From a virus (taxonomy: Duplodnaviria; Caudoviricetes), in IMG/VR virus record IMGVR_UViG_3300044615_000557, positions 1-56,805 of that record: a stretch of DNA of 56,805 nt. The stretch is one strand, 5' to 3'. Positions 17,135 to 26,721 of the stretch are shown piece after piece; position 1 is the first letter of the stretch, and every line of letters begins with the position of its first letter. The notes under the pieces are model-generated. The model was not told the DNA's origin, did no database searches, and saw only the letters and a list, made by a program, of their open reading frames with translations. The position numbers were made by a program, and so were the translations under genes.

Positions 17135-17137
17135 ATA
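17131..17137 (+). promoter_or_regulatory. Late promoter CTAAATA
   Basis: Overlaps the gp44 stop; GGAGG RBS and ATG 17163 follow. Confidence 0.6.
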
Positions 17138-17162
17138 CTCCCTGAAAAGAAGGGAGGCTGTT

Positions 17163-17894
17163 ATGGTCGTAAAGAGCCTCGGAGACCTTTCAATTGCCAT
17201 CCATGAGATCGGCAAGAAGTACGACATAGATGGTTATGTGAAGGAGTTCCGCTCCTCACTGACCACGGAAATCAACCCCAAATTCTGGGACAGTCTGGAT
17301 GGTATCCGCAAGGGGTCGGATGCCGAGGATGCCAGTCCGGTTGAGAAGATCATGCTCCTGTCCAGCCTCATCACCGAGGACGAACTGGACAAGGTCACGC
17401 AGATCAACAAGAAACTGGAGGGCAAGTACAAGTACGAGCAGTTCGTACGCGAGTGCGAGCACGCCCGCCAGTCATTCCTCCATGAGAGGAAGTCATACTT
17501 CTCCATGCGTGTCGCCAAGAAGCATTCGGATGACAGCGGTAACGGGGGCTTCGGCTCCTACTTTGAAGTGACGGGTATGACCGACATTATGCTCTCCGAG
17601 TGGATTGATGCCCTGCTCAAGAACATCTATCCCAACCACCTTGACATTGAGTACGAGGACATCAATGGCAAGCGGGTCAAGACCAAGATCTCCCACCGCA
17701 TCTGCGTGGTCACCCCCGAGTATGTTGAAGCCCCGCTGATTGATCGCTATCATGGCTCAAGCGGATACGACCAGTTCTACCTCCACAGCGTCTACGACAT
17801 CAAGAAGAGGAAGTGGATCTACATCCCCATGCGGCTAATCGTGGATGTGAGCATGGAGGACGGGACACCCCTCGCCGACTTGGACATACCATGA
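17163..17894 (+). CDS. Hypothetical protein between gp44 and gp62
   Basis: GGAGG RBS, ATG 17163; the upstream part of the listed ORF is only overlap with gp44. Confidence 0.7.
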   Translation: MVVKSLGDLSIAIHEIGKKYDIDGYVKEFRSSLTTEINPKFWDSLDGIRKGSDAEDASPVEKIMLLSSLITEDELDKVTQINKKLEGKYKYEQFVRECEHARQSFLHERKSYFSMRVAKKHSDDSGNGGFGSYFEVTGMTDIMLSEWIDALLKNIYPNHLDIEYEDINGKRVKTKISHRICVVTPEYVEAPLIDRYHGSSGYDQFYLHSVYDIKKRKWIYIPMRLIVDVSMEDGTPLADLDIP

Positions 17895-18220
17895 AACTTA
17901 CCCTGACCGACCTGCTCAAAGCGATCAACGAGAAGACCGACAGCCCGATGGACTCATACCCCGACGCGGAGAAACACTACCTCCCGTTCATGGTCAACCG
18001 TGCCCTCTCGTTCAGCCCCGACACCCTCCTGTACGCCAACGAGATGAACTGCCAGTACATGTTGGACAACCGCATGCAGTTTGACTACCTCTATCACTCC
18101 GTCCGCCGTCGCAAGCGATGGGACAAGTGGATCAAGAAGAACGAGGTGGAGCAGGAACGGCTCAAGGTCATCATGGAGCACTATAAGGTCAGCAGCCGCC
18201 AAAGGTGGAAGGAACGCTAA
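17891..18220 (+). CDS. gp62: Clamp loader small subunit (C-terminus appears shortened)
   Basis: YLPFMVNRALS..PDTLLYANEMN...MQFDYL..SVRRRKRW.KW motif; upstream of regA. Confidence 0.85.
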   Translation: MKLTLTDLLKAINEKTDSPMDSYPDAEKHYLPFMVNRALSFSPDTLLYANEMNCQYMLDNRMQFDYLYHSVRRRKRWDKWIKKNEVEQERLKVIMEHYKVSSRQRWKER

Positions 18221-18223
18221 ATA
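18217..18223 (+). promoter_or_regulatory. Late promoter CTAAATA
   Basis: Upstream of regA. Confidence 0.5.
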
Positions 18224-18269
18224 ATGACGATTCGTGAAGCGAAATCATCATTAGTAGAAGGCGTATCCC

Positions 18270-18695
18270 GTGAATCAAATAGTAGACACCCTTGTGGAGG
18301 TCACCTTACCTTCACCCGACAACTTTTTGAAGGTGAAGGAGACGCTGACCCGCATCGGGATCTCCTCCAAGACCGAACGCAAGTTGTACCAGTCCTGCCA
18401 CATCCTCCACAAGAAGGGCAAGTACTACATTGTCCACTTCAAGGAACTCTTCATGCTGGATGGATTGGAATCCGACTTCGCGGAGTCGGACAAGGCACGA
18501 CGGAACACCATCGCCAACCTGCTTGAGCAGTGGGGGCTGGTCAAGATCGTCAACCCTGCCATGACCAAGGAACCGGCATGTCCGATAAGTCACTTCAAGA
18601 TTCTTCCCTTTAGCCAAAAGAATGACTGGGAACTGATTCCGAAGTACCGCATCGGAGTTCGCAAGAGACCCCTTGACGGCAGCGACGAAACCTGA
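18270..18695 (+). CDS. regA: Translational repressor RegA
   Basis: FLKVKETLTRIGI, LYQSCHILHKKGKYYIVHFKELF.LDG motifs; GTG start. Confidence 0.95.
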   Translation: MNQIVDTLVEVTLPSPDNFLKVKETLTRIGISSKTERKLYQSCHILHKKGKYYIVHFKELFMLDGLESDFAESDKARRNTIANLLEQWGLVKIVNPAMTKEPACPISHFKILPFSQKNDWELIPKYRIGVRKRPLDGSDET

Positions 18696-18701
18696 TACCA
18701 T
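18673..18701 (+). promoter_or_regulatory. sigma70-type promoter
   Basis: TTGACG-17-TACCAT with extended TG, upstream of dUTPase. Confidence 0.5.
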
Positions 18702-18729
18702 AGCCGTTTCCACAAGTGAGATTTACACC

Positions 18730-19263
18730 ATGAACACGAACATCGTGCTCGGCTATCACAAGTTGCACCCAGAGGCGTTCCCGCCGGTCTATGCGACCAG
18801 CCAGTCCGCCTGCTTTGACCTGCGGGTATGCCTGCCTGCCGGTAAGCGGGAGGTGGACGCATGGACGATCAACTCAGAACCAACCAAGTACCTCGCCCAT
18901 GTCCATGACAAGATGGACCCGTTCATCCTCCTGCAACCCGGCGACAGGGTTCTCCTGCCCACCCAACTCGTTCTGGACATCCCCGAGGGCTACTCCGTCC
19001 GCCTGCACGCGAGGTCAGGGCTGGCTCTCAAGGGCGGTCTGGTGCTTGCCAACGCGGAGGGGGTCATTGACTCCGACTACACCGACCAACTCATGGTGGC
19101 GGTCATGAACATGAGCAAGATCAATGTCAGGGTGAACCATGGCGACCGCATCTGCCAAGGAGAGATCGTCCACCGACTCTCATGTGATTTCAAGGAACTC
19201 GCCGACCCCATCCCGCCCAAGGGCGACCGCAAGGGTGGTTTCGGCTCAACCGGAAAGGCTTGA
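18730..19263 (+). CDS. dut: Trimeric dUTPase
   Basis: SACFDL, RSGLA, GVIDSDY, RICQ, RKGGFGSTG motifs. Confidence 0.93.
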   Translation: MNTNIVLGYHKLHPEAFPPVYATSQSACFDLRVCLPAGKREVDAWTINSEPTKYLAHVHDKMDPFILLQPGDRVLLPTQLVLDIPEGYSVRLHARSGLALKGGLVLANAEGVIDSDYTDQLMVAVMNMSKINVRVNHGDRICQGEIVHRLSCDFKELADPIPPKGDRKGGFGSTGKA

Positions 19264-19265
19264 CA

Positions 19266-19676
19266 ATGAACCGAGAAGAACTGCTGAAGCACCACCAGAC
19301 CCTCTGCTCCAAGGCGTTCGCCCTGATGCAGAAGAAGAACGCCGACTATGCCGGACGCAGCGGCGAGGAACCATTCGCCAACTTCACCCGTTGCGAGGCG
19401 ATGGGCATCTGCAAGACCGAGGCGGGGATGCTTGTCCGGATGACCGACAAGATGTCCCGCCTGTCCTCCTTCGTGGAGTCCGGCACGCTCCAAGTCAAGG
19501 ACGAGAGCGTTGAGGACACCTGCCTTGACCTCATCAACTACTCCGTGCTGTTTTACTCTTACCTTCAAGGAAAGAAGAATGAGAATGCTTCGGCTGCTTC
19601 CGGTTCTGGTGTGTCTATCTCTAACCTCCCCCACGCTGCCAGCGTCCAATACGAAAGTTTCGGACCGATTCCTTGA
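19266..19676 (+). CDS. DUF1599-like nucleotide-modification-associated protein
   Basis: KKNADYAG, VRMTDKMSRL, ESVEDT.LDLINY motifs. Confidence 0.75.
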   Translation: MNREELLKHHQTLCSKAFALMQKKNADYAGRSGEEPFANFTRCEAMGICKTEAGMLVRMTDKMSRLSSFVESGTLQVKDESVEDTCLDLINYSVLFYSYLQGKKNENASAASGSGVSISNLPHAASVQYESFGPIP

Positions 19677-20004
19677 TGCCATCATGATGGTTGAGTCCGG
19701 TGGTGACCCCAACGCCGTGGGCGACGGGGGCAAGGCCATCGGTGCCTTCCAGATCCACCGTGGCTACTGGAAGGATGCCGTCGCGTTTGACAAGACGCTC
19801 GGCGGAACCTACAATGACTGCTTTGACCCTGCGTACGCGCGCAGGGTCGTGGTCGCGTACATGCGCAGGTACGCGCCCGCGGGGGCGACCATGGAGGACA
19901 TGGCCCGTCTTCACAACGGGGGCTGTAACATCCTCAAGCGTAAGGGCAGCAAGGCGTGGGACGCGACCACCGCCTACTGGAACAAGGTAAGGAAGCATCT
20001 ATGA
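19579..20004 (+). CDS. Secreted lysozyme-like/transglycosylase protein (destabilase-like)
   Basis: Signal peptide; AIMMVESGG, AIGAFQIHRGYWKDA, ARLHNGG, YWNKV motifs. Confidence 0.75.
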   Translation: MRMLRLLPVLVCLSLTSPTLPASNTKVSDRFLDAIMMVESGGDPNAVGDGGKAIGAFQIHRGYWKDAVAFDKTLGGTYNDCFDPAYARRVVVAYMRRYAPAGATMEDMARLHNGGCNILKRKGSKAWDATTAYWNKVRKHL

Positions 20005-20972
20005 ATGACCGATACACCATCCTACAGGGAGACAGCCGTGAGGTTCTCAAGACCCTGCCGGACCGCTCCGTCCACACCTGCATCACCTCGCCGCCCTACT
20101 TCGGCTTGCGTGACTATGGAGTTGACGGGCAGATCGGTCTTGAGGAGACCCCTGATGGGTATGTAAGTGAGATGGTTGAGTTGTTCCGTGAGGTCCGTCG
20201 CGTCCTGCGTGATGATGGGACGCTCTGGCTGAACCTCGGCGATTCCTACGCAGGAAGCGGCAGGGGTCGTAACGCGGACGGGACGGCATGGGTGAAGCAG
20301 GGGGACGGGTCCAAGCAGGCGAGCAACAGGGGAGCCATCGCTGGCACTCTGGTTGATGTTGACTGCGGAGACCTGAAGCCCAAAGACCTCATCGGCATCC
20401 CGTGGCGGGTTGCGTTTGCTCTACAGGCTGATGGTTGGTATCTCCGTCAGGACATCATCTGGCACAAGCCGAACCCGATGCCTGAGAGCGTGACCGACCG
20501 ATGCACCAAGGCGCACGAATACATCTTCCTCTTCTCCAAGTCGCCACGATACTTCTTTGACCATGAGGCGATCAAGGAAATGGCTACTACTGCACCGGCA
20601 CTTCGGGACAAGCATGGAGAAAAGTATCAAGCAGATTATCCTACAGGAGACAGGTTTTCCTCGGGAGAGAGGGTGTGGGGTTCTGATGGCAAGCGTAACA
20701 AGCGTTCGGTCTGGACCGTGACCACCAAGCCGTTCAAGGGTGCCCACTTCGCCACTTTCCCCGAAGACCTTATCGTTCCCTGTGTCCTTGCGGGGTGTCC
20801 TAAAGATGGAACGGTCCTTGACCCTTTCAACGGAGCGGCAACGACGGGCGTGGTTGCACTGAAGAACCAAAGACGCTATATTGGGATTGAGTTGAACCCC
20901 GAATACATCAAGTTGTCCGAGGAACGCATCAGACAGCAAGTGCCGGAAACCCTGACCGAACTATTCACATGA
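20001..20972 (+). CDS. Site-specific DNA methyltransferase (N4-C/N6-A, beta class)
   Basis: TSPPY catalytic motif precedes the DPFNGAATT SAM motif; HFATFP. Confidence 0.92.
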   Translation: MNDRYTILQGDSREVLKTLPDRSVHTCITSPPYFGLRDYGVDGQIGLEETPDGYVSEMVELFREVRRVLRDDGTLWLNLGDSYAGSGRGRNADGTAWVKQGDGSKQASNRGAIAGTLVDVDCGDLKPKDLIGIPWRVAFALQADGWYLRQDIIWHKPNPMPESVTDRCTKAHEYIFLFSKSPRYFFDHEAIKEMATTAPALRDKHGEKYQADYPTGDRFSSGERVWGSDGKRNKRSVWTVTTKPFKGAHFATFPEDLIVPCVLAGCPKDGTVLDPFNGAATTGVVALKNQRRYIGIELNPEYIKLSEERIRQQVPETLTELFT

Positions 20973-23506
20973 AACCATTCTACACCGATGTAACGATGAA
21001 GGGGAGTCGTATCCTCCATCGTGGCTACGACGCAAGCGGACGGCGTGTCCATGAATCGGTGAACTTCCGACCGACGCTCTATGTCCCGACGAAGAAGCCG
21101 AAGCCCGATTGCTGGACCACTATTGACGGCATCAAGGTTGAGCCGGTGGACTTTGAGAACTCCTATGAAGCCCATCTCTTCGCGGAGAAGTACAAGGGCG
21201 TGGAGGGGTTCCGCATCTACGGGCAGATTGATCCGCAGTACCAGTTCATCGCACAGACCTACGGCAGCGAGGGCGAACTGGAGTACGACCCGTCGCTCAT
21301 TCGTGTCGCATACATTGACATTGAGTGCGAGAGCGAGGACGGGTTCCCGAGCATGGATGACCCCGAGGAACGCATCAACGCCATCACCGTCCACATGAAG
21401 GGCAAGACCCATGTGCTGGCGTTGGGGCAGTTCCATTCGGACGAGGTGAAGTATGAGTGCTTCACCGACGAGGCGAAGTTGCTCTCCGCGTTCTTGGACC
21501 TGTGGGAGGAACTGGACCCCGACATCCTAACCGGATGGAATGTGGTGTTCTTTGATGTCCCGTACCTCTACCGCCGGATGGAGCGCGTTCTGGGTCGCAA
21601 GGTGGCACAGAGGATGTCCCCATGGCAGGATGTCCGAGAACGCAAGGGAGCGGTCAACTCGCTAGGACAGGCGAGCATCGCCTACTACATCAACGGCATC
21701 GCCATCCTTGACTACATTGACCTCTACAAGAAGTTCACCTTCACGAACCAAGAGTCATACAAGTTGGAGTTCATCGCCTCGCAGGAACTGGGCGAGGGCA
21801 AGATGTCCTACGATGACTACTCCAGCATCACCGAGTTCTACCGCAAGGACTTCCAGCGGTTCGTGGAGTACAACATCCGCGATGTCCTGCTGGTGGTGAA
21901 GTTGGAGGACAAGTTGCGGCTGCTGGAACTGGCTCACGGGTTGGCCTACTCCGCACGGGGGAACTTCGGCGATGTGTTCACGCAGGTCCGCATGTGGGAC
22001 AGCATCATCTACAACTACCTGCGGACTAAGCATGTAACCATCCCGCCCAAGGAGTCGGCGGACAAGGATGACAAGTTTGAGGGTGCGTATGTAAAGGAGC
22101 CGCAGGTCGGGAGCCACGACTGGGTCGCATCGTTTGACCTTGACAGCCTCTACCCCCACCTCATCATGCAGTACAACCTCAGCCCCGAGACGCTGGTCAA
22201 GGAGAGGGTCAAGGGCATCTCCGTTGATGACCTAATCTCCTGCAAGAACGAGACCCTTGAGGGGGAACTGCGAAAGGCAAAGGAACGGAACCTGTCGGTC
22301 GCCGCCAACGGCACCATGTATCGCAGGGACATCCGCGGCTTCCTGCCCGAACTCATGGACACCATGTACGACCAGCGAAAGGTGTTCAAGAAGAAGATGC
22401 TTGAGGTCAAGGGCTGGCTCAAGAACAACCCCAATGCCACGCCTGAGCAGGTGGAGCAGGCGAAGAAGGACATTGCCAAATACAACAACTTCCAGATGGT
22501 CCGCAAGGTCCAACTGAACTCCGCGTTCGGTGCGTTGGGCAACCAGTATTGCCGCTACTACAACCTTGACATGGCGGAAGCCATCACGGTGTCGGGTCAG
22601 TTCAGCATCCGGTGGGTGGAAGACAGATTGAACGCTCTCCTGAGTAAAGTGTGCGGGGTCACTGAGGATTTTGTAATCGCCTCCGACACCGACTCCGTGT
22701 ATCTCAAGATGGGATGCCTTGTGGACAAGATGTTGGGAACCAAGCCCACCAAGGAGACCATCCTGTTCCTTGACAAGTGCTGCACGGATGTTATACTCCC
22801 CAAAATCAACCGGTGGTATGCCGACCTCGCCGAGAGGATGAACGCATACGACAACAAGATGTCCATGAAGCGGGAGTGCATCTCGGCCAAGGGCATCTGG
22901 ACAGCGAAGAAGAGATACATGCTCGCGGTGCATCTCGGCGAGGACAATGTCTATGTCAAGGAACCTGACCTGAAGATCATGGGCATTGAGACGGCACGAT
23001 CGTCCACCCCGCTCATCGTAAGGAAGAAGTTGAAGGAAGCAATTCGCATCATCATGACGCAGGACGAGCCGACCCTCCGTGGCTTCGTGGCGACCTTCCG
23101 CGAGGAGTTCTCCCACCTGCCCGTGGAGAGCGTGGCTTTCCCCCGCGGCTGCTCCTACATGGACAAGTATCACGACTCCGCGAGCATCTACAAGAAGGCG
23201 ACACCCATCGCCATCAAGGGTGCTCTCATCTACAACCATTGGATCAAGGCGAAGTCCCTGCTCAAGTCGTTCCAGCCCGTGCGTGACGGCGAGAAGGTGA
23301 AGTTCGTCTACCTGAAGGAGCCGAACCCCGTCCGTCAGAGGGTCATCTCTTTCCCCTACAAGTTGCCGGAGGAGTTCGGCTTGCTTCCGCACATTGACTA
23401 CGACACCCAGTTTGAGAAGGCGTTCATTGACCCTCTCAAGAACATTCTGGACACCATCGGATGGAAGGTTGAGGAGACCAGCAGCCTTGACGGATTGTTC
23501 GCCTGA
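20969..23506 (+). CDS. gp43: Family B DNA polymerase
   Basis: DIE ExoI, SFDLDSLYPH, KVQLNSAFG, SDTDS, KKRY motifs. Confidence 0.97.
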   Translation: MKPFYTDVTMKGSRILHRGYDASGRRVHESVNFRPTLYVPTKKPKPDCWTTIDGIKVEPVDFENSYEAHLFAEKYKGVEGFRIYGQIDPQYQFIAQTYGSEGELEYDPSLIRVAYIDIECESEDGFPSMDDPEERINAITVHMKGKTHVLALGQFHSDEVKYECFTDEAKLLSAFLDLWEELDPDILTGWNVVFFDVPYLYRRMERVLGRKVAQRMSPWQDVRERKGAVNSLGQASIAYYINGIAILDYIDLYKKFTFTNQESYKLEFIASQELGEGKMSYDDYSSITEFYRKDFQRFVEYNIRDVLLVVKLEDKLRLLELAHGLAYSARGNFGDVFTQVRMWDSIIYNYLRTKHVTIPPKESADKDDKFEGAYVKEPQVGSHDWVASFDLDSLYPHLIMQYNLSPETLVKERVKGISVDDLISCKNETLEGELRKAKERNLSVAANGTMYRRDIRGFLPELMDTMYDQRKVFKKKMLEVKGWLKNNPNATPEQVEQAKKDIAKYNNFQMVRKVQLNSAFGALGNQYCRYYNLDMAEAITVSGQFSIRWVEDRLNALLSKVCGVTEDFVIASDTDSVYLKMGCLVDKMLGTKPTKETILFLDKCCTDVILPKINRWYADLAERMNAYDNKMSMKRECISAKGIWTAKKRYMLAVHLGEDNVYVKEPDLKIMGIETARSSTPLIVRKKLKEAIRIIMTQDEPTLRGFVATFREEFSHLPVESVAFPRGCSYMDKYHDSASIYKKATPIAIKGALIYNHWIKAKSLLKSFQPVRDGEKVKFVYLKEPNPVRQRVISFPYKLPEEFGLLPHIDYDTQFEKAFIDPLKNILDTIGWKVEETSSLDGLFA

Positions 23507-23508
23507 CC

Positions 23509-23515
23509 CTAAATA
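23509..23515 (+). promoter_or_regulatory. Late promoter CTAAATA
   Basis: Immediately after the gp43 stop. Confidence 0.6.
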
Positions 23516-23532
23516 CCCATGAAGGCAAGACC

Positions 23533-24315
23533 ATGACAGCACAAAAGTTCGTCTCGTTCCTCGCAGAGGAGAAGAAGGTTCAGTACCCGCATGTACACCT
23601 CTGCTTTGATGACCACTCGGTCTCCAACTGGCATGCCGCGAGAGACCTGTTCGTGGAACACAAGGCCAAAGCCGTGTTCTATGTGGACTCGTTCCACCTG
23701 CTCACCGACAAGGACTTGGACATGCTCTCTGACCTTCGTTCGGACGGGCATGTGATCGGATGCCACGGCAAGACCCATCGCGATGCCCTGTCGTATGCCC
23801 GCATGTACGATGTGGACCGCTACATTGAGGACGAGGTTCTCCCTGCGATGGAGGACATGGCGGGGGCTGGCTTCAAGCCGACCCACTTTGCCTTCCCACT
23901 CTCACGATTTGACGAGGAACTCTATCGTCGGGTCTGCCCGATGTTCTGCTATGTCCGACCCGGCAACGAGAGCCACTACTACCAAGGCGACCGCATGTAC
24001 TTCAAGCCGGATCGGCTCAAGGGTTCGGAAGACACCCGTGAGCACCGCATCCGCAGGGGCAAGTTGCAGAGAGTGCTTGCGGGTCTTGCGGACACCGCCA
24101 AGGCCATGAAGGGCATCAGCCTCGTCATGCACGACATCCGCCCGCACGCGGACGCGCCCGCGCACGCGGGTACGCACGCACGCCTGTATGTGGTGCGTGA
24201 GGAGTTGAGCGAGATCCTAAAGACAATCAAATCAACGGGCTTCCAGTACCAGACCTTTGAGGATGTCTGCGAATATGGAGTGGATCCGTTTGACAAGCCC
24301 GAAGCATTGCCCTGA
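23533..24315 (+). CDS. Polysaccharide deacetylase (CE4/NodB-like)
   Basis: LCFDD, IGCHGKTH, FAFP, LVMHD motifs. Confidence 0.8.
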   Translation: MTAQKFVSFLAEEKKVQYPHVHLCFDDHSVSNWHAARDLFVEHKAKAVFYVDSFHLLTDKDLDMLSDLRSDGHVIGCHGKTHRDALSYARMYDVDRYIEDEVLPAMEDMAGAGFKPTHFAFPLSRFDEELYRRVCPMFCYVRPGNESHYYQGDRMYFKPDRLKGSEDTREHRIRRGKLQRVLAGLADTAKAMKGISLVMHDIRPHADAPAHAGTHARLYVVREELSEILKTIKSTGFQYQTFEDVCEYGVDPFDKPEALP

Positions 24316-24348
24316 GTCCACCTACATAACACCAGTGAGGTTTACACC

Positions 24349-25410
24349 ATGAGTCTGATCCAGAAACTGAAGAAGAACTCCACCATCAAGGACACGGAGA
24401 TCCTCTTCTCATCCAAGTTCTTCAACAAGAAGGACATGATCTCAACATCGGTTCCTGCCATCAATGTCGCCCTCTCTGGGCGGCTTGACGGAGGCTTCGT
24501 CCCCGGCATCACCATGTGGGCGGGACCGAGCAAGCACTTCAAGAGCCTGTTCTCCCTGCTCATGGCGAAGGCGTACCTTGACAAGTACGAGGATGCCGTG
24601 ATGCTGTTCTACGACTCGGAGTTTGGCACGCCCATCAACTACTTTGAGACCTTCGGCATTGACATGAAGCGGGTCATCCATACCCCCGTCAAGGATGTGG
24701 AGGAACTCAAGTTTGACATCATGAACCAGTTGAAGGACATTGAGCGTGGCGAGCGGGTCATGATCATCATTGACTCCATCGGCAACCTCGCCTCCAAGAA
24801 GGAAGTGGAGGACGCACTTGACCAGAAGGCGGTCGCCGACATGACCCGTGCGAAGCAGATCAAGTCGCTGTTCCGCATGGTCACGCCGCACCTGACCCTC
24901 AAGGACATCCCGATGGTCGTGGTGAACCACACCTACAAGACCATGGAGTTGTACGCCAAGGATGTGGTCGGCGGCGGCACCGGCTCGTACTACTCTGCCG
25001 ACACCATCTTCATCCTCGGTCGCCAGCAGGAGAAGGACGGCACGGAGGTCACGGGCTACAACTTCATCATCAATGTGGAGAAGTCCCGCTATGTGAAGGA
25101 GCGTTCCAAGATCCCGATCTCGGTCTCGTTTGACGATGGCTTGAGCCGGTGGAGCGGTCTGCTTGACATGGCGATTGAGTCGGGCCATGTGGTGAAGCCG
25201 TCCAACGGATGGTACTCCCGCGTGGACTCCAAGACCGGCGAGGTGGAGGACAAGAAGTTCCGCATGAATGACACCGATAGCAAGGACTTCTGGATGCCCA
25301 TCCTGACCGATGCCTCGTTCGGCGAGTTCGTCAAGAGCAAGTACTCGGTGGGCAACATGGAGATTCTGGGAGCAGACGAGGATCCAGACGAGGAGGACAC
25401 CAATGCCTGA
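24349..25410 (+). CDS. uvsX: RecA-like recombinase UvsX
   Basis: AGPSKHFKS, FYDSEFG, DSIGNLASKKE, VGGGTG motifs. Confidence 0.95.
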   Translation: MSLIQKLKKNSTIKDTEILFSSKFFNKKDMISTSVPAINVALSGRLDGGFVPGITMWAGPSKHFKSLFSLLMAKAYLDKYEDAVMLFYDSEFGTPINYFETFGIDMKRVIHTPVKDVEELKFDIMNQLKDIERGERVMIIIDSIGNLASKKEVEDALDQKAVADMTRAKQIKSLFRMVTPHLTLKDIPMVVVNHTYKTMELYAKDVVGGGTGSYYSADTIFILGRQQEKDGTEVTGYNFIINVEKSRYVKERSKIPISVSFDDGLSRWSGLLDMAIESGHVVKPSNGWYSRVDSKTGEVEDKKFRMNDTDSKDFWMPILTDASFGEFVKSKYSVGNMEILGADEDPDEEDTNA

Positions 25411-25948
25411 AGAAGGAACCATACTCATGAACGGGTTTGAGGACGCTTTCGTCGGCGGGCTACGCAAGGTGGGTCAGAAGTATCCCATCGCGGTCTACGA
25501 CTATCAGGGATGCATTGACATCCTGATGACCCGCGACCAGATGAGTCAGGACGAGGCGGTTGAGTTCATTGAGAGCAACTCCCTCAACGCCTACTTCGGC
25601 AAGGGAACCCCCTGCATGGTCTACGGCTGCACTCTGGACGAGTTCAAGCAGGACTGCGCCGATGACATCGTGGAGACAACCAGCGAGCCACGCGACCCTG
25701 ACGAGGACGAGGAGGATGCCGACCGAGACCCCGGTGACGAGGATCCCAACGCCATCAAGAAGGAAGACGAGGAGGAGGTCGCCGAAGCCCTCTGGAACCT
25801 CTTCATGAACTTCAGTGAGTATGTCAAGCAGATTGATCCCGACCTATTTGCCCGTGCCAAGAACTACGCGATGGATTACTCACAGAGCGACCGCGTCAAG
25901 TTCGTGGACGAGTGGCACAAGGAAGGCGACGAGGAGAGCAAGCCATGA
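25403..25948 (+). CDS. Hypothetical protein
   Basis: GGAGG RBS; GFEDAFVG...AVYD...CI.IL...M..DEA.EF..N...AY.G..TP motif common in phages. Confidence 0.7.
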   Translation: MPEEGTILMNGFEDAFVGGLRKVGQKYPIAVYDYQGCIDILMTRDQMSQDEAVEFIESNSLNAYFGKGTPCMVYGCTLDEFKQDCADDIVETTSEPRDPDEDEEDADRDPGDEDPNAIKKEDEEEVAEALWNLFMNFSEYVKQIDPDLFARAKNYAMDYSQSDRVKFVDEWHKEGDEESKP

Positions 25949-26721
25949 AGATGGTGGTCAAGTTCCCGACCAGAAACAGACCGGACAAGTTCATGTCCGT
26001 CCTTGATCGGTATCTCGGCTACCTCTCGGGGACCAACGAGGTCCACTTCGTGATCTCCTACGACCACGATGACCGGTCAATGAACAACCAGAACATGTGG
26101 TCTTACTTTGACCGGCTGTGTGCCCAGCACATGGGTCGCATCCATCCCATCTGCGGCAAGTCAACCAGCAAGATCTCCGCAGTCAACGCCGACCTGAATG
26201 TCGTGCGTGCCATCAACCCGCATGTGATCCTGCTCGCATCCGATGACATGATCCCCGTGGAGGGTGGCTACGATGACATCATCAAGCACTACATGTTCAA
26301 GCACTTCCCCGACACCGATGGGGTGCTGCACTTCAACGACGGGTATTCGGGAGTGGACCGACTCATCACCCTGTCCATCCTCGGCATGAAGTACTTCAAC
26401 CGCTTCGGCTACCTGTACCACCCTGCATACAAGTCGGTGTTCTGCGACAACGAGTTCACCAATGTCGCCCGCATGCTCGGGAAGGTGGTCTACATTGACA
26501 AGGTAATCATCCAACACCAGTGGACCGGCCAGTTCACCAACGACGAGTTGCACAAGAGGAATGAGTCGCAGGACATGTACAACCAAGATGGACCCGTCTA
26601 TGCCCAGCGGACTCTCAACAACTACGACCTGAAACCAGAGGAAATCGCCCATGCCTTGGAAACCCTCCCACAAACTGTCAGTATTGATTCCATCGTTGCA
26701 CGAACGCAAGCAGTCGCTTGA
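25945..26721 (+). CDS. Glycosyltransferase (GT-A fold, GT2-like)
   Basis: KFPTRNRP, LASDDM, FCDNE motifs. Confidence 0.8.
   Translation: MKMVVKFPTRNRPDKFMSVLDRYLGYLSGTNEVHFVISYDHDDRSMNNQNMWSYFDRLCAQHMGRIHPICGKSTSKISAVNADLNVVRAINPHVILLASDDMIPVEGGYDDIIKHYMFKHFPDTDGVLHFNDGYSGVDRLITLSILGMKYFNRFGYLYHPAYKSVFCDNEFTNVARMLGKVVYIDKVIIQHQWTGQFTNDELHKRNESQDMYNQDGPVYAQRTLNNYDLKPEEIAHALETLPQTVSIDSIVARTQAVA

Noticed and set aside
20969-23506. Inteins or introns in gp43, gp41, uvsX or thyX
   Set aside because: Lengths and motif spacing are normal; no intein termini or homing endonuclease motifs seen
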